Shown: positions 60,722-64,000 of the stretch, piece by piece | How positions within the stretch are numbered: the first letter of the stretch is position 1 | Layout: every line of letters starts with the position of its first letter | Notes under the pieces: generated by a model | Database searches by the model: none | Seen by the model: only the letters and a program-made list of their open reading frames with translations | Told to the model about the DNA's origin: nothing | Assembly (NCBI GenBank): GCA_002269645.1 | Contig: NIVC01001199.1 | Coordinates: 124,001 to 188,000 of the forward strand | From: Macrostomum lignano | Taxonomy: Eukaryota | DNA length: 64,000 nucleotides | Direction: 5' to 3' | Program-made: the position numbers and the translations under genes

Positions 60722-61444
60722 CAGGGGCGTCGCCATGGATTTTATGGTGGGGGGGGGGGGGGGTGGACAAAGCCTAGAATTTTTCATGCACATGTACATG
60801 ACTAAAATTTCTACATGTACATTATTTTCAGAATTGGTGTCCTCAGCGCTCATTTTAGCGCCGCAGGCACTCATTTAACTCACAGTAAGATAAGTATTCT
60901 ATATTATACATTTAGTATAGGTGGACTAGCGCACAACCCCCCTTGGGGGTGGGCCTGAATTCATTTATAAGGCAATAATTTTGGCGCCACAGGCACTCAT
61001 TTTAGCGCTGCAGGTGGTACCAGTATGTTTTGTCACCCGGAACAACAACAACAACAACAACAACAGAGTACGCTGCCAGATCACAAAAGCAGCGTCAGAT
61101 GGCGCGCTTCAAAGCTTGGGCGCGAACAAAAGCCGCACCGCCGGCAGAGTCCGGGGCGCCGGCGTCAGCCAGCAGACAGTCGACGTAGCGCCGAGTCCTC
61201 GCCTGTCCCCGCCGGTAGGGTGCCTGCAACGTAAGTAGCAGCACCTCCTGCACCGGCTCCGGGCAGTAGGCCTCGGCGCGGATGACGTGGCCTGCCAGCT
61301 GGAGTCGCCGACGGCGCAGCAGATCGCTAGGACGGGCCAGGCCGGAAGCAAAATGATTGACTTCCATAATGGGTCACAAGGAGGGGTGGGGGGACCAAGC
61401 ATTAGCCTGTCCCCCCTGCCCCCCCCCCGGTGGTGACGCCCCTG
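60722..61444. mobile_element. hAT-type MITE with nested LINE fragment
   Basis: TIRs CAGGGGCGTCGCCA / TGGTGACGCCCCTG (13/14); 8-bp TSD TGCCTGAC (60714-60721) / CGCCTGAC (61445-61452). Confidence 0.8.
61041..61375 (-). mobile_element. 5'-truncated RTE-clade LINE 3' end with (GTT)n tail
   Basis: LRRRRLQLAGHVIRAE...VLL...RRGQARTRRYVD is typical of the RTE ORF C-terminus. Short 3' UTR with GACGCTGC/GCAGCGTA stem; 8 x AAC at 61041-61064. Confidence 0.75.
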
Positions 61445-63354
61445 CGCCTGACGATTAGAAAGTCAGGACCGCTGTACACCGCTGTTGCTCAAGGCGTTAC
61501 GCCAGGATGCCAAGATGACTTTTGAGTGACGCCACTTGCGACACGCGACGCAGAATTTGGCTGGGTGAGGAGGGATTGGGAAGAGCGGATGGCGAAGACT
61601 GGATGGATTGAAGCTTCCGCCCGGTTTTCATTGTTTCTTTTTTCAAGCATTTTTAATATCGAAATGGTTGGCCAGTTGGCAGATGCTGGTTGAAAGACAC
61701 TGCTCACTGGGGCAAAGGGTGGTGAAATTTCAATGTTGCTGAGAATATATACGCATGTTTACAGAAAAAAATTGCACCTTCGACTGCAAATCTAATTAAA
61801 ACGAAAATGAATACATAAACTATGTATACTATGTAAACTATATAAACCAAATGTTATTAAAGCTCACTTAGAATACGCAGCAAAGTTCACAAGAACTTTA
61901 TATAAATGGTTAATGATGGGAAAACTCAACGAGAAGAGAGCGTCACATACAGGGCCTATTTTTGACTAGCTATCTTGTTACAGTCGAGTTCCGAGGCAGT
62001 ATACAGCATGCCGCCGCCTTTAATAATAGATTCCCTGTCAACAAGCTCCTACTCAGCAAGCGCGCCATGATTTTAGTAAAGCCCACGAGACAGTTGCCTT
62101 AGCCACTCTGTCTGCTCGATGCCCAATCAATTCAGGGATTAGTTTCTGGGACAAGCCTCAACCCCGCAAGGAATTGAGCTCATAGAGAATTCCTCTAAGC
62201 CAACACCCTGCTGTGGCAAGCGGACACTAAATTTGCTCTCAAATCCTATATACTAAAAATGAAAATCTTGCTTGCTTGCTTGTAATCGATTACAGAAAAA
62301 ATTTTCACTGAAGCTAACATTTGCTATGCTCCAGACAACTTCTCAGAACTTAATTACAATTGAGTCTAGACTTGTTGAATTAGAAATTTCCAAGAAATCG
62401 CTAAAGCAAAATCTCAAAAACAGAAGTTCGTCATGTCAAAGCGATGCTAAATTTAAAATAATCGGGATTCGACCGCATAAAAATGGCTAAAATTGGCAAA
62501 GCTTGCAATGCTGTTATGCTGTTATGCGTACAAAAATCAAAAGTACACCCACGCTGCGAGGAATGACGCAGAACCTGACACTGTCTTTTTGTCTGAAAAT
62601 GATTTTTCCTTGCTGCCAACCTCGTCTCGGATCTCCGGCAGGAAGCGTCTCCCTTCCTAGTAGCGGATTTAGCCCAGGACTTTATAAGCTATCTGTATCA
62701 ATGATTCCGCATAGATTTCTGAGAGGTTATCAAATTCGATTTAGTCAACGTAACGCCTTTGGCGGCTACATCGTCACGTGATTAGCATGACAGCTTCAGG
62801 CGGAATTTCAACTCGAACACAGAGGGCATTTTTCTCCAAGCAGTGTTCTACAAATAAAAGTGCATTGAGAATAAATTACTGCGATATTAGATGTAGTTGA
62901 AATAGGGCCTATAGGGTCACCTGGGTATGAGAGAACACGGTTGGCCTAGCAACTATTCTGGCGGAACAGATTACAAGTAAATCATGTATTGATTTTTGGG
63001 GTTATTCCTGACGACTCTCCCATAGCAGCCATGGGGATTTACATTCACTCGCCGGACAAAATCAAGCACTCAGAAATGTGTTAGGTACGGGTAACGATTT
63101 ATTTAATCAGTGCAGAAAAATGCACACAGCTTTTAGGCTAAGAGGCATTCTTTTCTGTTGCTACAGAAAAGCCTTTGGGGTAACAGCTGTGAATCTAAGC
63201 CGGCGGATATTTCACACTTTCTAACTGCGAGCTCAGAGAGCGGTGGCGACTGCTTACCTGTACGATTTTGAAGACTCGTCACGGTTTCATGTATCCATTC
63301 TCTCTCTCTCTCTGAACCCGATTCGATGGCGCTAGGCTTCCCTTCTCAAATAAT

Positions 63355-64000
63355 CAGTCTCTCCGCTCCCCATCAATTCCTGAATCTGCTTCTCCGCTAG
63401 CCATCAATCCTTGAATCTGCCTCTTCGCTCCCATCAACCCCTGAATCTGCCTCTCCGCTCCCATCAACCCCTGAATCTGCCTCTCCGCTCCCATCAATCC
63501 TTGAACCTACCTCTCCGCTCCCATCAATCCTTGAATCTGCCTCTCCGGTCCCCATCAATCCTTGCATCTGCCTCTCCGCTCCCATCAATCCTTGCATCTG
63601 ACTCTTCGGTCCCCATCAATCCTTGCATCTGCCTCTCCGCTCCCATCAATCCTTGCATCTGCCTCTTCGGTCCCCATCAATCCTTGCATCTGCCTCTTCG
63701 GTCCCCATCAATCCTTGCATCTGCCTCTCCGCTCCCATCAATCCTTGCATCTGCCTCTTCGGTCCCCATCAATCCTTGCATCTGCCTCTCCGCTCCCATC
63801 AATCCTTGCATCTGCCTCTCCGGTCCCCATCAATCCTTGAATCTGCCTCTCCGCTCCCCATCAATCCTTGCATCTGCCTCTTCGGTCCCCATCAATCCTT
63901 GCATCTGCCTCTTCGGTCCCCATCAATCCTTGCATCTGCCTCTCCGCTCCCATCAATCCTTGCATCTGCCTCTTCGGTCCCCATCAATCCTTGCATCTGC
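63355..64000. repeat. 30/31-bp minisatellite, runs off window edge
   Basis: CCCATCAATCCTTGCATCTGCCTCTCCGCT / ...CTCTTCGGTC. Confidence 0.95.

Overview
Eukaryotic (animal-like) genomic DNA: GC-rich spliced exons (GT-AG, plus one GC-AG intron) separated by introns and spacers full of mini/microsatellites. The style suggests an invertebrate such as a free-living flatworm, but this is inference only. Four spliced genes can be assembled by hand with consistent splice phases: (1) mitochondrial-type arginyl-tRNA synthetase RARS2 (-, 366-4681); (2) a diacylglycerol-lipase (DAGL)-like protein whose nucleophile motif reads GHGVG instead of GHSLG (-, 7916-~15000); (3) a CCDC154-like coiled-coil gene with two microexons and an upstream RFX X-box (+, ~34304-41008); (4) a vasopressin/CCAP/NPS/GnRH-superfamily GPCR (-, 53921-~57655). 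There is also an unrecognised single-exon ORF encoding a putative secreted protein with two 6-Cys repeats (-, 43413-43853) and an orphan TM/poly-Cys exon (-, 20325-20707). Mobile elements: two tRNA-derived CORE-like SINEs, two hAT-type MITEs (one containing a truncated RTE LINE), a decayed I-group-like LINE joined to a Ty3/Gypsy integrase/PPT/LTR remnant, a Crypton-like fragment, and a 3.5 kb almost CpG-free block with gag-like remnants. No CRISPR, rRNA or intact tRNA genes were found. All assignments come from manual reading and remembered family motifs; no database search was run.
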